In this document: positions 12,201 to 23,932 of the stretch, in pieces
Numbering within the stretch: position 1 is the stretch's first letter
Layout: each line of letters begins with the position of its first letter
Assembly: GCA_030141605.1 (NCBI GenBank)
Contig: JAQGDQ010000497.1
Span: forward strand, 99,841-163,840
Direction: 5' to 3'
Origin: Tubiluchus corallicola
Lineage: Eukaryota > Animalia > Priapulida
DNA length: 64,000 bases
Translations under genes and position numbers: made by a program
The notes under the pieces: generated by a model
What the model was told of the DNA's origin: nothing
Database searches by the model: none
Seen by the model: the letters and a program-made list of their open reading frames with translations, nothing else

Positions 12201-13269
12201 AGGGAACGCTCAAAAAGTTCATTACAGCAAGAGTCCATTATACCGAGGGGTACCATATCTGAGGCCAGACTACCCTACAATAGATACAATAGGATCATAG
12301 AAATCAACAGTAAAATGAAATAATGTTTATAATGTTTATAAGCCAAATGGGCCAACTTGCCGTTATGAACCTTCCCGTAAAGCTGAAGTTGACCTGGATA
12401 TTTCAGGAAAATTGATTCTCAGAAGTCTACGCTCCGAAAAGAGCAACACAGCACCTACAGTGTACCAGCATAAACTGCGATCACATGTGGATCCATTATA
12501 CATGGGTCCATTATAGCAGGGGAGAAAATACACTGGGGAGCAGAAAATGAGTCCATTATACTGAAGTCCATTATACAGAGGGGATAAAAACAAAGAAAAA
12601 CGGGAACGGAGAAAACGTCCATTATATCGAGGGGTCCATTAAACCGAGGGTCCATTATAGTGAGGTTTGACTGTAGCAGCATTGAATTCTGTCAGACTAT
12701 TTGGATAGCAGAGATTAAATTTCAAAGTAATTCAATTTTGCTAGTTTAAGCTAAATAGCGTCACATTAACATTTTACCAGTATATATGAGTAATTTATGA
12801 CATCATCTTTACCACTTACGAGATAATCTGCCTAAGAGACATGAAAGTAACTGCTAAATCACAATTCTTCAAAACCTAAAAACATTACATTTAGCTATAG
12901 AATCTTTTTGTGGTTTGTATGATGGTTTGAAGAAACTGCATTAACCAAGGTTAGGTAACCCACATGAAAATTCATACACCTTTAATTCGAAATAGAATTT
13001 TTATTTAACCTTCCAAATATTTGAATATTCAGATGATTCACTCGAAAACTAAGAAATAGAAAGTTTTGCCTCAATGAGCAAGTGAAATTCCATCCCAATT
13101 AGCCAAAATGTATCAAAATTGTGATGTAAAATATTTGTCTGGACGTGGCATACTAAATATCCTGGTTTCATATTTTTTGTTTCAGGAAGAGCGGGAATAT
13201 TACACAAGGATACGGGAAATGTGTTTCGGGATAGAGCCTGTATCTTCCTCACAAGCACTTGATAGATAA
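6226..13269 (+). CDS. HSPBP1: Hsp70-binding protein 1 (HSPBP1/Fes1-type nucleotide exchange factor), 6 coding exons, 347 aa
   Basis: Exons 6226-6408, 8435-8624, 9360-9581, 10113-10268, 11886-12094, 13186-13269 (1044 nt, all GT-AG, frame kept). Motifs: SLPGALQFAVE, LKEWCENMDLANDFHKLGGF, QWRTADLIATLAQNN, VRVKALYGLSCLVR, DGFSYLLRAMQ, LKVKAAFL, MGMVQQ...HEH, C-terminal DR*. Confidence 0.95.
6924..7453. mobile_element. Kolobok/T2-type MITE, copy 1 (HSPBP1 intron 1)
   Basis: ataa|AGGAAGACAGGACGATTGT ... ACAATCGTCTGGTTTTGCT|ttaa; its body is the reverse complement of 56389-56949. AGG termini with a TTAA target are Kolobok hallmarks. Confidence 0.75.
7635..8278. mobile_element. MITE with ~40-bp imperfect TIRs, interrupted by a hAT insertion
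   Basis: Left GTGAAAGCCATGCACATCTCATACAGACTGCAATCTCGAG versus right end reverse-complemented GTGATAGCACTGCACACCTCGCACAGTCTGCAATCTTGAG. Confidence 0.65.
7725..8108. mobile_element. Non-autonomous hAT element nested in a MITE
   Basis: TIRs CAAGCCTGGATC / GATCCGGCCCTG; perfect 8-bp TSD TCTGTCCG at 7717-7724 and 8109-8116; GC-rich GCCCAGG/GGGGCCC subterminal motifs. Confidence 0.85.
8645..9072 (+). mobile_element. 3' end of a CR1/L2-type LINE
   Basis: Translates FSIKYNGPYIWNSIAPAIKNANSLSIYKKNYKLNLL* (typical G.xWN.P ORF2 C-terminus), followed by an AT-rich UTR, AATAAA and an (aatct)n-like tail. Confidence 0.7.
9272..9339. mobile_element. Tiny remnant of a CAGTCAAACC (pogo/Tigger-like) MITE
   Basis: ta|CTGCCAAACTCGCTATA ... 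GGTTTGACTA|ta resembles the termini of 12173-12673. Confidence 0.5.
10411..10796. mobile_element. Tc1/mariner-pogo type MITE
   Basis: TA|CCGTATATACTCGCATATAAGCC ... GGCTTATATGCGAGCATATACGG|TA; TA TSD; internal GTCGGCTTATA repeats. Confidence 0.9.
11623..11855. mobile_element. Degenerate CAGTCAAACC-type MITE
   Basis: Starts CAGTCAAACCTCTTTATA with internal GGCATTAT(T)ATAAC repeats; the right end is eroded. Confidence 0.5.
12173..12673. mobile_element. pogo/Tigger-like MITE
   Basis: TA|CAGTCAAACCTCGCTATAATGGAC ... GTCCATTATAGTGAGGTTTGACTG|TA; many internal GTCCATTATA repeats. Confidence 0.9.
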
Positions 13270-14182
13270 CACAATCTCATTCTGCTGTATGACAATTTAT
13301 TACAAAAATATCAACATGGCATTTAGATGCCCTTTCAGTCATTGCAGTAATTCATTGGAAAATGTAAAATACAGTATGTACAATTGCATTTCATCGTGTA
13401 GACAGCTAAGGCATCGTTGAATTGTAATTTAAATAGCTTTTACAAACATATTGCAAGGATTCTAAAACTTGGCCGTCGTTCATGTAATGCCGCATTTTAA
13501 ATGTGCATTACTGATAATATAACATTCTTCATCAAATAATGTAGAAAGACATGACACTTAGAAAATTACAGACCACTGTGTGCTAAGTTCTGCTTTGTGA
13601 GTTTGCACTGTTATTATTGCTGTTTAAATGCCTAACACCTAGAAATACTGGCACTAACATCTTACATCTACAGACTTTGCTTGCATCTCAAAACAGTATT
13701 TGGTCTTACAATGAAGGTTACGCAGTAAGGCTGAAATGGTAAACCTTTTAATCGACCGCTAACCGGTGTAAGCCTTTAGAAAATCACTACCCAATTAACT
13801 GCTACTTTGCCGCTTTTTCTAGGTATCCGCATTACTGAAGCCTTGTATCTTTTCTGAGTTGGCATACGCAGTTAGCAATGTCCCGCTTACATAAAATTGT
13901 GTTATTTACAACATTGTTTCTATTAATCTAGTTGCTTAAGAAGCATCTAAATGATAACTATGCTAGATTTGAACCGCACTATTTACTCGTACAAAGAATG
14001 AACGAATAAAGGTATGACATCATCAGGAACTGTTAAACAGTTAACCAGCCGCAATTAATAAGATTTAAACGGTTACTTAGAAAGCCTAACTATCTCAGCC
14101 CCATCACGCAGTCATGCAAATGATTTGACTAATGTCTGAACATTGCAATATCCGGCTGATGGGTTAAATAAAAACACAGTAA

Positions 14183-17100
14183 TTAATAGTCATCGCTACC
14201 TTCCAGCTCCATTGAAGTATCAACAATCATATCACTAGCGTCCATTGTCATCGAATCAGAAGGCAAGCTCGGATGCGTCATGGTTAACTCAGACTCCTGC
14301 GCACTGTCTGATACAACGCTCTTGAAGTGCGGCCCGTCTTTTGGTATCGGAAATTCCTCAGGACCGTCATCAGACGAATCCAACTCGCTGATTAAATTCT
14401 GCATACACTTTTCCAGCATAGTTGTGCTGAACGTATCGTCCCTGCGCAGTCCCAGAGCTTTGTGAAAATAGTCCACCGCCGACGACATGTTCCCGAGCAA
14501 ACTGTGCACGTATCCCATTGCCGAGTAGGTTGAAGGATTCTGCGGCGACAAGACCAACGCTCTTCTGTGGAACTCTAATGCCATATCATACTTCTTTAAT
14601 TTCCTGCAAGCGTGACCGAGATTGTTTAACAGCGGCTCCCACTTTTCGACAGACACACTTTGCTGTGCTGCTTTTATGCTCTCTAGAGCATCGCTGAAAT
14701 GTTTCTCGGCGGATTCGTAGTCGTTGTTCTGATAGGCAATCACACCCATCTCGTGGAGGACAAATGGATCGTTTGGAGCAATGGCGAGCGCTTGGCTGAA
14801 AAATCGATCAGCTAATTTGGAGTTGTTTGTGAGACCGTACTCCAGCCCTATGTACAACAGTGGAAGGTGACATCTGAAAGCAAAGCCGCAAAATTGTATC
14901 ATAGGTGATCTCATTTAGCAGGTATTTTTTACATGAACATTTCGTTTGGCAAACATGCAAAATTAACAAATTAATGTCCAAATTCTGGTGTATTTACAAC
15001 AAAAAATGACAGCGTATGTACATGGAAGCATTGATAGACAATTTTTTTCCATCCAATAACATCTGCACTAACATGACGCAGATGATTAATGAACTGTAAT
15101 GATAGTCGTAACCAGACACTAACTTATTTGGACAAAAGAACAAACTCTATAACAGATTAGTATACTAATTTGACTAAATTGATTTATAAGGCTTGTGTTA
15201 CACTTACCCTCTATACTATTGCTTCGAGACAACAAAGCATGCCTTGCAACAAACATAAATAATTCACAGACACATTTTGTCACGTGTGTATGTGGCTCGG
15301 ATAGTGCATTTAGTGACTCTTGAAAATTGAACAGATCTTCAAAAGTTTTGTAATTAAAGATTTTAGCAGGCAGTACTAGATAATTAAAGGTAATATAATT
15401 AAAAATTGAAAGCAATAAATCACAAAGTAAACTACGTGTACTTTTTTCGTCAATGTAATCTGTAATAATGTTATTATAATAGTGTTTTCAGAAATAATTT
15501 ATTTGGAATATTAGTTTAAGTTTATTTATTTCCACTCTGCATCTAACAATTATAATAAAAATACAGATAATTTCACTGAAGTAAAAATAAATATAAATGC
15601 AATATTATCCAGAAATTACAAAATGCAGCATATACATGTGCAAATTACATTACAGAATAATTTTGATGCATACAGTTTGAGCCTAAAAGCATACCTTGAC
15701 AGGCCAAACTGTACGTGGAAATCTTGAAAAAAAATGATTTATAATTGAAATAATGATAATACATACATAAAAGTGGGGGGGAGTAGTGAATGAAAGATGA
15801 AATGGAGCGAGAACTAAGAAAAACTGTGATCATGATTATAAAGTGTTCAGTAACCTATTGAGCATAGTCACGATATATTAACATTACTGTGGAAAAAGAA
15901 TGCAGGTGATTACCGCTATCAAATTGTGACTTAAAAATTATTATTTTATTATTAAAAGTTTATCATTATAAACCAACTTTAAGCTATGAAGAATTACCCC
16001 TTCATCAGCGTGGAAGCCTTGAAATATGCAGCCATAGCCTGGTCATGTTCATTTTCCACAGCAAACGAATGTCCGTATGCCAACCATGCGGGGCCGTACA
16101 CACGGTCAAGTGTGGTAGCTTTACTCAAGTACTGTCGGGCGGCATCATTCTTCTTTACTAATAGATAATAGCATCCAACAGCGAACCAAGCCACCTAAAA
16201 ATAATACGAGTTTAGTTAGTTGTTTAGTTATTCTTACAAATTAAGCCAGTTAAAACAACACACTTAAAGTATAAAACATAACCTATGATGGGCAATTAAA
16301 ATAGAAAAAAGCCTTTTCACAGTTCCAGCAATTGACGATGATCGTGAAAAGGTCAAACGTTAAGTGTACTAGACAACGCACATGTGCACGTTTAACAACA
16401 CCTCACAGCCCAAGCGTTGTAAAAGTAAGACTTTTAACAGCTAGCTAGAATCCTACCTAGTTCATTTCTTCTTGTTCCCAAGCAAGATCCTGCTAGTAAA
16501 TCAATCTACGTACAGACAATTCCACATAAAACAAGTGAAGTTACTGAACTGATGTGGCAGATGGCATCGCTATACACATATGTCACGTGACGTTTGTAGT
16601 TAAGACACATTGCTGTGGTACACTTAATCTTTGACCTGCAGCAACTGCACGTGCGCGCATCAAAACTGTAAAAAGGCTTATGGGATGAAAATATATATTC
16701 ACACCTTTTACATGGAAATCTCAATAAAGGTTTAATAATGGACCAACAAAACTCAAATAAACCAACTTCTTTGCAAACTTTGATGAGGAATATCATTGAT
16801 ATTGAGCTACGTTCCAGTCTCGCCACAGTCATTTCCATTAAACGTGCTCTGCCATTGAATGTTGGGCACTAGTCCCAGTATGCCAAATAGTATAGACATA
16901 AAACTTAAATTATAATTTCCAAATTATTACAGTCCGGTAATTCTTATTAAAAAAATGGGTCGCCAACGGGAGCCATTTTGTAATATAATTTTATGGGCCA
17001 CTCTTAGGCAAGCAATGGGTGCCATGCTTTTGCTTTAAGCAAAAACTGCATTTAACTGTGCGACACGCACATGAAGTACTGAACAATAATGCAGGCTGGC

Positions 17101-20100
17101 AATCGTTGCACAGAACGACATTTAAAATTGTGCATCTGGTACAAACTTATAATAAAGTTTTTATAAGAAAAAATTTACTAGATACAGTCGACCCCGCGTT
17201 AAATCGGACCCCGTTAGCCCGGATATCGGATAAGACGGACGTCATCCGTGGTAAAGGAAACTGACCGATTTCCGTCCGAGCCGGAGTGCTAAACACATGG
17301 CCTACCAACTGTACAATAATTTCTTTATCCTCACAGGTTAACTATTTTAAAGTAATATACAGTATAGTATATAGTGCAATGTATATAGGCCTTATTAAGG
17401 TGATTATTCATGTATAATATAGACCATATATAGGCATATTGGATAAATCGGACAATCGGCTAAACCGGACCCCCCTCCTCCCATTAGTCCGGTTTAAACG
17501 AGGGTTGACTGTACTCAAACAACTGTAACTCTACTTATAAACGAGAAACTTACTGGTTTGTCAGGATAAAAATCAACAAGTTTATGAGCAAGATAAAATA
17601 ACTCGTTTGACTTTTTCAATTCTACTAAACATGATATATGCACTGGCAAACAGTCACTGTGAAATGGATCTTTGGTCAGCACCTGCGACGTAATCTGATA
17701 GCATTCTCGGAATTCGCAATTATAATAATGCCTTTCTGCTAAGCTCACTACCACATCCAAGTTCTCGTTTAGCTGCGGGAGATTGTCTGGTGCTTTTAAG
17801 CTCGACGGTTTACTGTACTTTTTCAACTTTGATCCGTAAAAAAATTGCACTAGTTCCATTTCTTCGGGACATTGCTTGCTAAATGGTAAAGAGTCTAACA
17901 GCTCCTGTTCTTCGGACACAAACATCATGTGATGCTGCACTAGCAAATCGAATGCCTCGTAACAAAACACGTCCTGTCGTAGTGCATTCGTATAGCACTG
18001 CACGGCTAAAGTTCTGTTATCCATGGCTTCGTATATTTTGCCTTTGAGAAGGCTGAGATTGCTCTCCTCTGGTAATCCACAACTGTCTGAAGTTTTGTCC
18101 GCTGTGCTGCCGTCATTCTTCCACGGTGTTTTGTGCTTTGTTTTACTATCTTCCCATTCTAACAAATCCAGAGCTTCCTGTAGATAATAAACAGTAAGCA
18201 TAGCAGTCAACAGGCGGATTTCAATTAAAATGTTGTTGAACATTGTTGCTATTGCAGCCTGCTCAATTTGGTTTTGTATTTCCTGACCCAATGTGAATTT
18301 TCTAACAAACAGGCCAATACAGTCTAGCCTCGTTATCTCGCCCCTCGTTATGCCGCCAAACTCGTCTCTCGCCATAGAAAGTACCAGGACGGATTTCCTG
18401 CTTTGATATTTACCTCGTTAAGTCGCCACCCTCGCCACGTAATGCTAGGATGAGTGCTTATGTAAACTATATTCGTTATGTCGCCAAACAGACAAACTCA
18501 GAGGTGAATCGATCAATACATATACCTCGTGTCGATCAATATAACCGCAGTATGTAGACAATGCTGCTGTACTCGATAGACAGACATAATTAATCTAGTG
18601 TGTGTCTCACCAGGATTAGATTAGGAGTGCTGTGGTTGGTTAATGCGCAGAGAAACTAAAGCGTCACCGATATCCTTACTCTATAACGCCAAAGCTGCAT
18701 TTAAGTTTGAGTTTCCACAAAGTGTGAGCAACTTTACGTTATGTCTCTGAAGCGAAAACTGTTTTCTCTTAATCCTGAACAAAAAAAGGAAATTCATTTC
18801 TGATTTAATGTTGATTGGTATCATAATGCGAAATATATTTTATATGTACATAGAGGAACACTATGTTAATCAACTATTATGTACAGTATGTATATACATA
18901 TAGACTAACTTCGTTATATTCCCGTTATATTCGTTAGACTCTCGCCATACTCGCCTTTCGCCAAAAATTTGCCCTAGACGGACAGTGGCGAGATAACGAG
19001 GCTAGACTGTAATTTAAAACATTACCATACATAGTAAACATGTATAAAATATCCCTTTCTCATGGCTAATTTAATATCTTAAATATTTAAAGCCAAACCA
19101 GATAAGAGAACAGTTTTAACAGAATTATAATAAACCACACAAACCTGTAAATTCAGTGTTACCTGTAGAATCTGCATCTGTACCAGACAAAACAAGAAAA
19201 GGAAGAAACAGAATTCATTTATGCCTACTAAAATTATGACTCTACTTCCATCTATGGTAATAATTCTGAGAAAAACGTTTTGAAGCCTACACTTTTAAAA
19301 AGTTGCCTTAAAATTAGTAATTTGTTAACACGTTTGTAATCCATATTCCTTAAATACAATGTTTTTACATTTTTGGTATCTGCAGTAGTATTTTAGGTGT
19401 CACACACAATTTTAGCCTTTCGCAAGAAACAGTATAGAAAACAACCCACATTATTATTATGTATTGTACAATACTTATTATTATAATGAAATTGTACAAG
19501 TTTTTAACTTTAGTAGATACTCAAGTAATTATGACAAGTTTCCTACAAGTGCAAACCATGACATAGCTGGACTAATCACATTAGTTGATACATACTATAT
19601 GCCAAGATATATGAGAATGGGTTATATTGTAACTCACACAAATGCTATAAACTAATTAATAGTCAACTCACATTGCCAGGTATCTTACCAATTATCTTAC
19701 TGTTCAATACAGTTCTAATAAAGTAAGCAATTTTTAAAAAATGTGACAATATAAAATTACTTGAAATTCCTTGGCTTCATAGTGACATTTTGCAGCAAGA
19801 AAACGACACTCAATATTTGACTGATATAACAAGCGACTTTCTATGCAGTGGGCTGCTCGATGATATTGACCTGAAACAGAATAGAAACAAAGTGAAATGT
19901 ATGTTGTGTATGTGTTATCAGATCCGTTAAAGTTGAAAGAACAAACTATAATTAATAGAACCAAGGATGTCTTAGACTTTAATTGCAAGTGTCCAGTTAT
20001 AACTATATCACAACTAGTCACTTATATGAGGTGGCAAATTTCAGTAGTTTGATCACAGTAGCTCTTCCAATCTGACTACATTACACTGGTTACAGATATC

Positions 20101-20352
20101 ATTTAAAAAGGCGAGTATTCGTATAGTAGTAAGCTTATTTGCTAATTTTAGCATGTTTTCAAATTTCAACTTACCGCTCATGTATAAACACTGCGCTAAC
20201 CAATAAACATCCTCGGCATTTGCATCAGAAAGAGAAACTACTTTATCAGCCCAAAAGATTGCACTTCGGAATTGGTGCTTTTCTATGTAGCTTTTAACTA
20301 AGTAACGAAATTTTTCTAAATTTACTGGAACTGAAACAGTTTCCCCTGCCAT
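14183..20352 (-). CDS. CDC16: Cell division cycle protein 16 homolog (APC6, TPR subunit of APC/C), 5 exons, 599 aa
   Basis: Exons 20352-20175, 19870-19761, 18177-17554, 16194-15998, 14873-14183 (1800 nt, GT-AG). Motifs: SAIFWADKVVSLS...DVYWLAQCLY, CRFLAAKCHY, LLKGKIYEAMDNR, LFYLAHKLVDFYP, AWFAVGCYY, GPAWLAYGHSFAVENEHDQAMAAYF, CHLPLLYIGLEY, WEPLLNNLGH, VDYFHKALGLRRDDTFSTTML. Confidence 0.97.
17185..17511. mobile_element. pogo/Tigger-like MITE in CDC16 intron 3
   Basis: TA|CAGTCGACCCCGCGTTAAATCGGAC ... GTCCGGTTTAAACGAGGGTTGACTG|TA. Confidence 0.85.
18320..19009. mobile_element. pogo/Tigger-like MITE in CDC16 intron 2
   Basis: Perfect 23-bp TIR CAGTCTAGCCTCGTTATCTCGCC at both ends, TA TSD, internal CTCGCC/CGTTAT repeats. 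Confidence 0.9.
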
Positions 20353-20859
20353 TTTTTATGCAATAGAAGAAATCTTTTCTGTCTGTGTGCGTTCTGCATA
20401 CGGTGCATTCTTCACGCAGCACGGCGTGTGTTGTAACTGTTGTTACGTGCATCAACAATGCACGGTGCATGGATTTTTTTAATTTTATTAAATTTTATAA
20501 CGCTAAACGTATTATACTTATGTGTAAATGATTCGAAGTACACAGTTATACAAGGTTTAGTCAAAATTCATTTCAACTAAGCTTTAAATGTTTTAAAGAA
20601 GAAGATGTAGGCCTTTTCCACACATAGTAATTTCAATCTACTGTTATCCAGTGTCTCCTCTGCCAAGTTCAACTTCATCTGATATACAGTGAGTTGGTGT
20701 CAGATCATACATGCAATAAATTGGAATAAACATTGTTTTGAAAGCTTGGATAAGCTTGAGTTGTAGACAAACTGCCTTGGTTTACCTAAATTTTCATATC
20801 TAAAATATAGAGGTTGACAATATTGACAAGTAATAATAGTTCACTCTGTAATTATTGGG

Positions 20860-21060
20860 ACACATTACAAGATCAATTCTATAAAAGTGCAAAAGTAGTA
20901 CTAGCAGTATACCAGAAAGTCCACACTGTACTATTAAGACACAGCATAAGATCAGTTCTGCGAAAGTATGAAAGCAGTAGCATATTAGAAAGTCCACACT
21001 GTAGGATACTATTAGGACGCAGTACAAAATCAATTCTGTAAAAGGGCAAAAGTAGTACTA
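20860..21060. repeat. Degenerate tandem repeat, ~70-bp unit, about 2.5-3 copies
   Basis: Recurring ATCA(A/G)TTCT..AAAG...AAAGTAGTA and AGAAAGTCCACACTGTA...TACTATTA blocks. Confidence 0.7.
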
Positions 21061-21080
21061 TGTTTGAAAATGAGAAAAAA

Positions 21081-21146
21081 TTCCAATGGGACTCGAACTC
21101 ATGACCTGCTTTCTGGCAGTTATGCTAACCATTATACTAGAGAGGC
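21081..21146 (-). mobile_element. tRNA-derived SINE head or tRNA pseudogene
   Basis: Minus strand reads GCCTCTCTAGTATAATGGTTAGCATAACTGCCAGAAAGCAGGTCATGAGTTCGAGTCCCATTGGAA: A box TAGTATAATGG, B box GAGTTCGAGTCC. The acceptor stem does not close, so it is not a functional tRNA. Confidence 0.6.
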
Positions 21147-21300
21147 ACTGATTTTTCAGGATTCGGGATACACTATAAGCCAGTAAACCGAAGGCCAGCG
21201 TGAAACTCACCAAACCAATTCTCTTCGCTGTTCATAGCACTTAAGTTAGATTGAGCAGTGTAGTCAATGAATTTTTTTAACAATTTTAGGCTGAGTGTAT

Positions 21301-23932
21301 ATGGCTGAAAATGAAGTGAAGCCAAACTTTGATTCAAAGAAGGTGGACATCTTTCGCGACACATTTGTGAGATATTTTGGTAAGTGGCAAAGTGCCTAAG
21401 AGGTACCTTATGTAATTAATTAAGTAACAAAATAAATTTTCCAAGTAAGCTGTGTGAGACATTAATATCTCCTTTTTTCTTCCTTATGAATCATACTACA
21501 TACTTTACTTAACATAGAACGGTGTGACTTGCAGCATGGATTTGGTCAAACCTACTGATCACTATCTACAAAAAAATTATCTAACATATGAAAATCTAAC
21601 TGACAGATTTTTGCTGATCCCCTGCTCTATAAGACTGTATTTCTCTCAAATTATCAACTAGACTATAAATTTTAAGCACTATGTAGCAAAGTACTTGTGT
21701 GCCAACATGTATTTATAAATTAAACTGGGTGTAAACAAATGATTATTGTACTAACTTTTCATATTAGCTGGAATTAACCATATCACTCGTTAGATTATGA
21801 TTTTGACTGCTAGAAGTGAATAGAGTTGTTGCAGTTTGTGTATAACAGGGCCGTAGTCGGCTTTTGAAAAGTGGTCCGGCCACAGATACGGAGCAGGTAG
21901 AAAAAGAATACAGCAGCAACATATAGAAGAGTATATTATAATTTATAATACAGAGTTATAATATAATAGAGCACTACACATACTCAATGATGACATGATT
22001 GATTAAAACTTCCCAAACACACATCTGCGCCGCTCATTTCTAGCAGTAAACTCGTTCGCAATTTCCTTCGGGTCGAGAGCGTCTGTTCTGTCCATATGTA
22101 CATGCAAAGTCATGAGATTGTTCAGTCTAGTTTGAGTCATCGTACTCCGCAAATAAGTTTTTACTCTACGTAGGGCTGAGAATGTCTAGGCACGTATGGC
22201 AGAAAAAGTGGTCCGGCCATGGCCGGACCGCCGACTACGGCCTTGTATAAGCAACTACTAAACCTAGGTCCTAGTCTTCAGCTAATGAACAAAGAAATGG
22301 AATGCTAAACAGTTGTAAGCTATTCAGTTCAAATTTTCTCAGAATGGTAACTAACTGTGCGAATATTTTCTTAGTTTCTTGTTCATCCTTACCAAAATAT
22401 TTTTCTCAGGCGTAATAGTAAGAGCAAAACTCTAGCGACTAATGCACTTAATCTCTCTTATATTACTTGATGACTGAATTGAACTGTATTTGCTATAAGT
22501 TGTGTTCTGCCTGCTTGATTTAAAAAGATAATTTAATTCACACTGCATTTTATACATCTAGGTTACGCTAATGAAGTGGGTGAATCGTTCAGATCTTTGG
22601 TTCCTGTATCAGTTGTACACTTCAGCTATGCAGTTTCAAGTGGTTACGTAATAGCAGATGCATTTCATAAGGGCAATGAAGCCAGAATTGTAAGTAAAAG
22701 TCGCGTTTAACAAAGTAAGTGATCAAGTAATATGTACATTGCATTGTACAATTATTACAAAGTAGCAATTTTTATCGATGGTATTGTTACTCACAATTGT
22801 GTTTTTTGTCTGTGTTTTGACTGTGCTTTATGTTTTAAGTTTTTGTATACTGTACAACTAAACGGTTACTATCTGACTTACAATGTACCTGATTCTCACT
22901 GCAAAAGATGCAGTGCAAATTCTGTCAACGCTGAGACAACCTGTTTTTTTGAAATCCATATTAATTTGCTACAGCCAAAATAATTTTGTTGATGTGGTCG
23001 GATATATACATAGCTGTGTCATTTGAGAATTGCTGTGTATTCAGGTTAATAAACTCTGCTTGCAGTCTAGCTACATCTAGCTTGCGTATACGATATCTTC
23101 AGTCAGTGCCACATCTGCAAACCTCCTACTGGCAACGGGGGTTGATAAAGTGTGTTGATGATAGTTTGATAAACTTTGGCTGCAATTGTAGTCCTTCTAC
23201 TTCTACATATATCGTATAATATACTATATCGACTCACTCCTGACTGGCAGTTTATACTGTTATTGCAGATTAAGGAATGTGTTAATTCACCTAAGAATTT
23301 TTCTATTGTGTTCAGATGTAAAAAGGTTAAAATGTAAAAGTTTATACCTAATGCTGCTTGCGCTTCATATATGCGTTTTGATTGGCAAAGGACCAAGAAT
23401 GTTATTCACATGAACTGCAAGCACGGAAACTGGACCGAATGCATTATCAATGTTTGTCAGATTCATGCCTAATATGCATACTACATCAGAGATTATGTCC
23501 TGAATAATATTTAGCTGGTCTTAGGATGTCTTTAATAATTACGCTAGTTCATTCCGTGTTTTTTCATTCCAGGCACAATATCCTCACAAAGCTTACCGCA
23601 CAAAAAAGATCATACATGCCGTCCTTGACACAATGATATGGCAAGGCCTAGCTTCTGTCATCATACCAGGCTTTACAATCAATCGAATATGTGCTTTCAG
23701 TGGTTTCATTTTGCGCAGAACAACCTCTCTTGGTCCTCATGTCAGAAAATGGACTACCACCGGCATCGGCCTTGCTGCAATACCATTCATAATAAAGCCC
23801 ATTGATAGATCAGTGGACTATGGCATGAACAGGACGCTACGGAAGTGGTACGAAATAGGTCCCGTTGAAGTGAAAGTTGTACATCATACAAGAGAGTGTG
23901 AAACGCCTGTTGATCTACTCAAAGACGATTAA
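21301..23932 (+). CDS. MTFP1: Mitochondrial fission process protein 1 (MTP18), 3 exons, 188 aa
   Basis: Exons 21301-21379, 22562-22689, 23573-23932 (567 nt). Motifs: DIFRDTFVRYFGYANEVGESFRSLVP...SYAVSSGYVIADA, DTMIWQGLASVIIPGFTINRIC, RKWTTTGIGLAAIPFIIKPIDRSVD. Confidence 0.96.
21846..22245 (-). mobile_element. Internally deleted hAT transposon retaining the transposase C-terminus
   Basis: TIRs CAGGGCCGTAGTCGGC / GCCGACTACGGCCTTG. Minus strand ~22185-22003 encodes TFSALRRVKTYLRSTMTQTRLNNLMTLHVH...IANEF...RRCVFGKF* (hAT dimerisation domain). Flanked by TATAA on both sides. Confidence 0.9.

Noticed and set aside
18178-18375. N-terminal extension of the 286-aa CDC16 ORF
   Set aside because: Read-through into intron 2 and a MITE TIR; the real exon begins at the CAG acceptor at 18177.
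21081-21146. Functional tRNA gene
   Set aside because: The acceptor stem does not pair and the anticodon/variable region is shortened; retained only as SINE-like.
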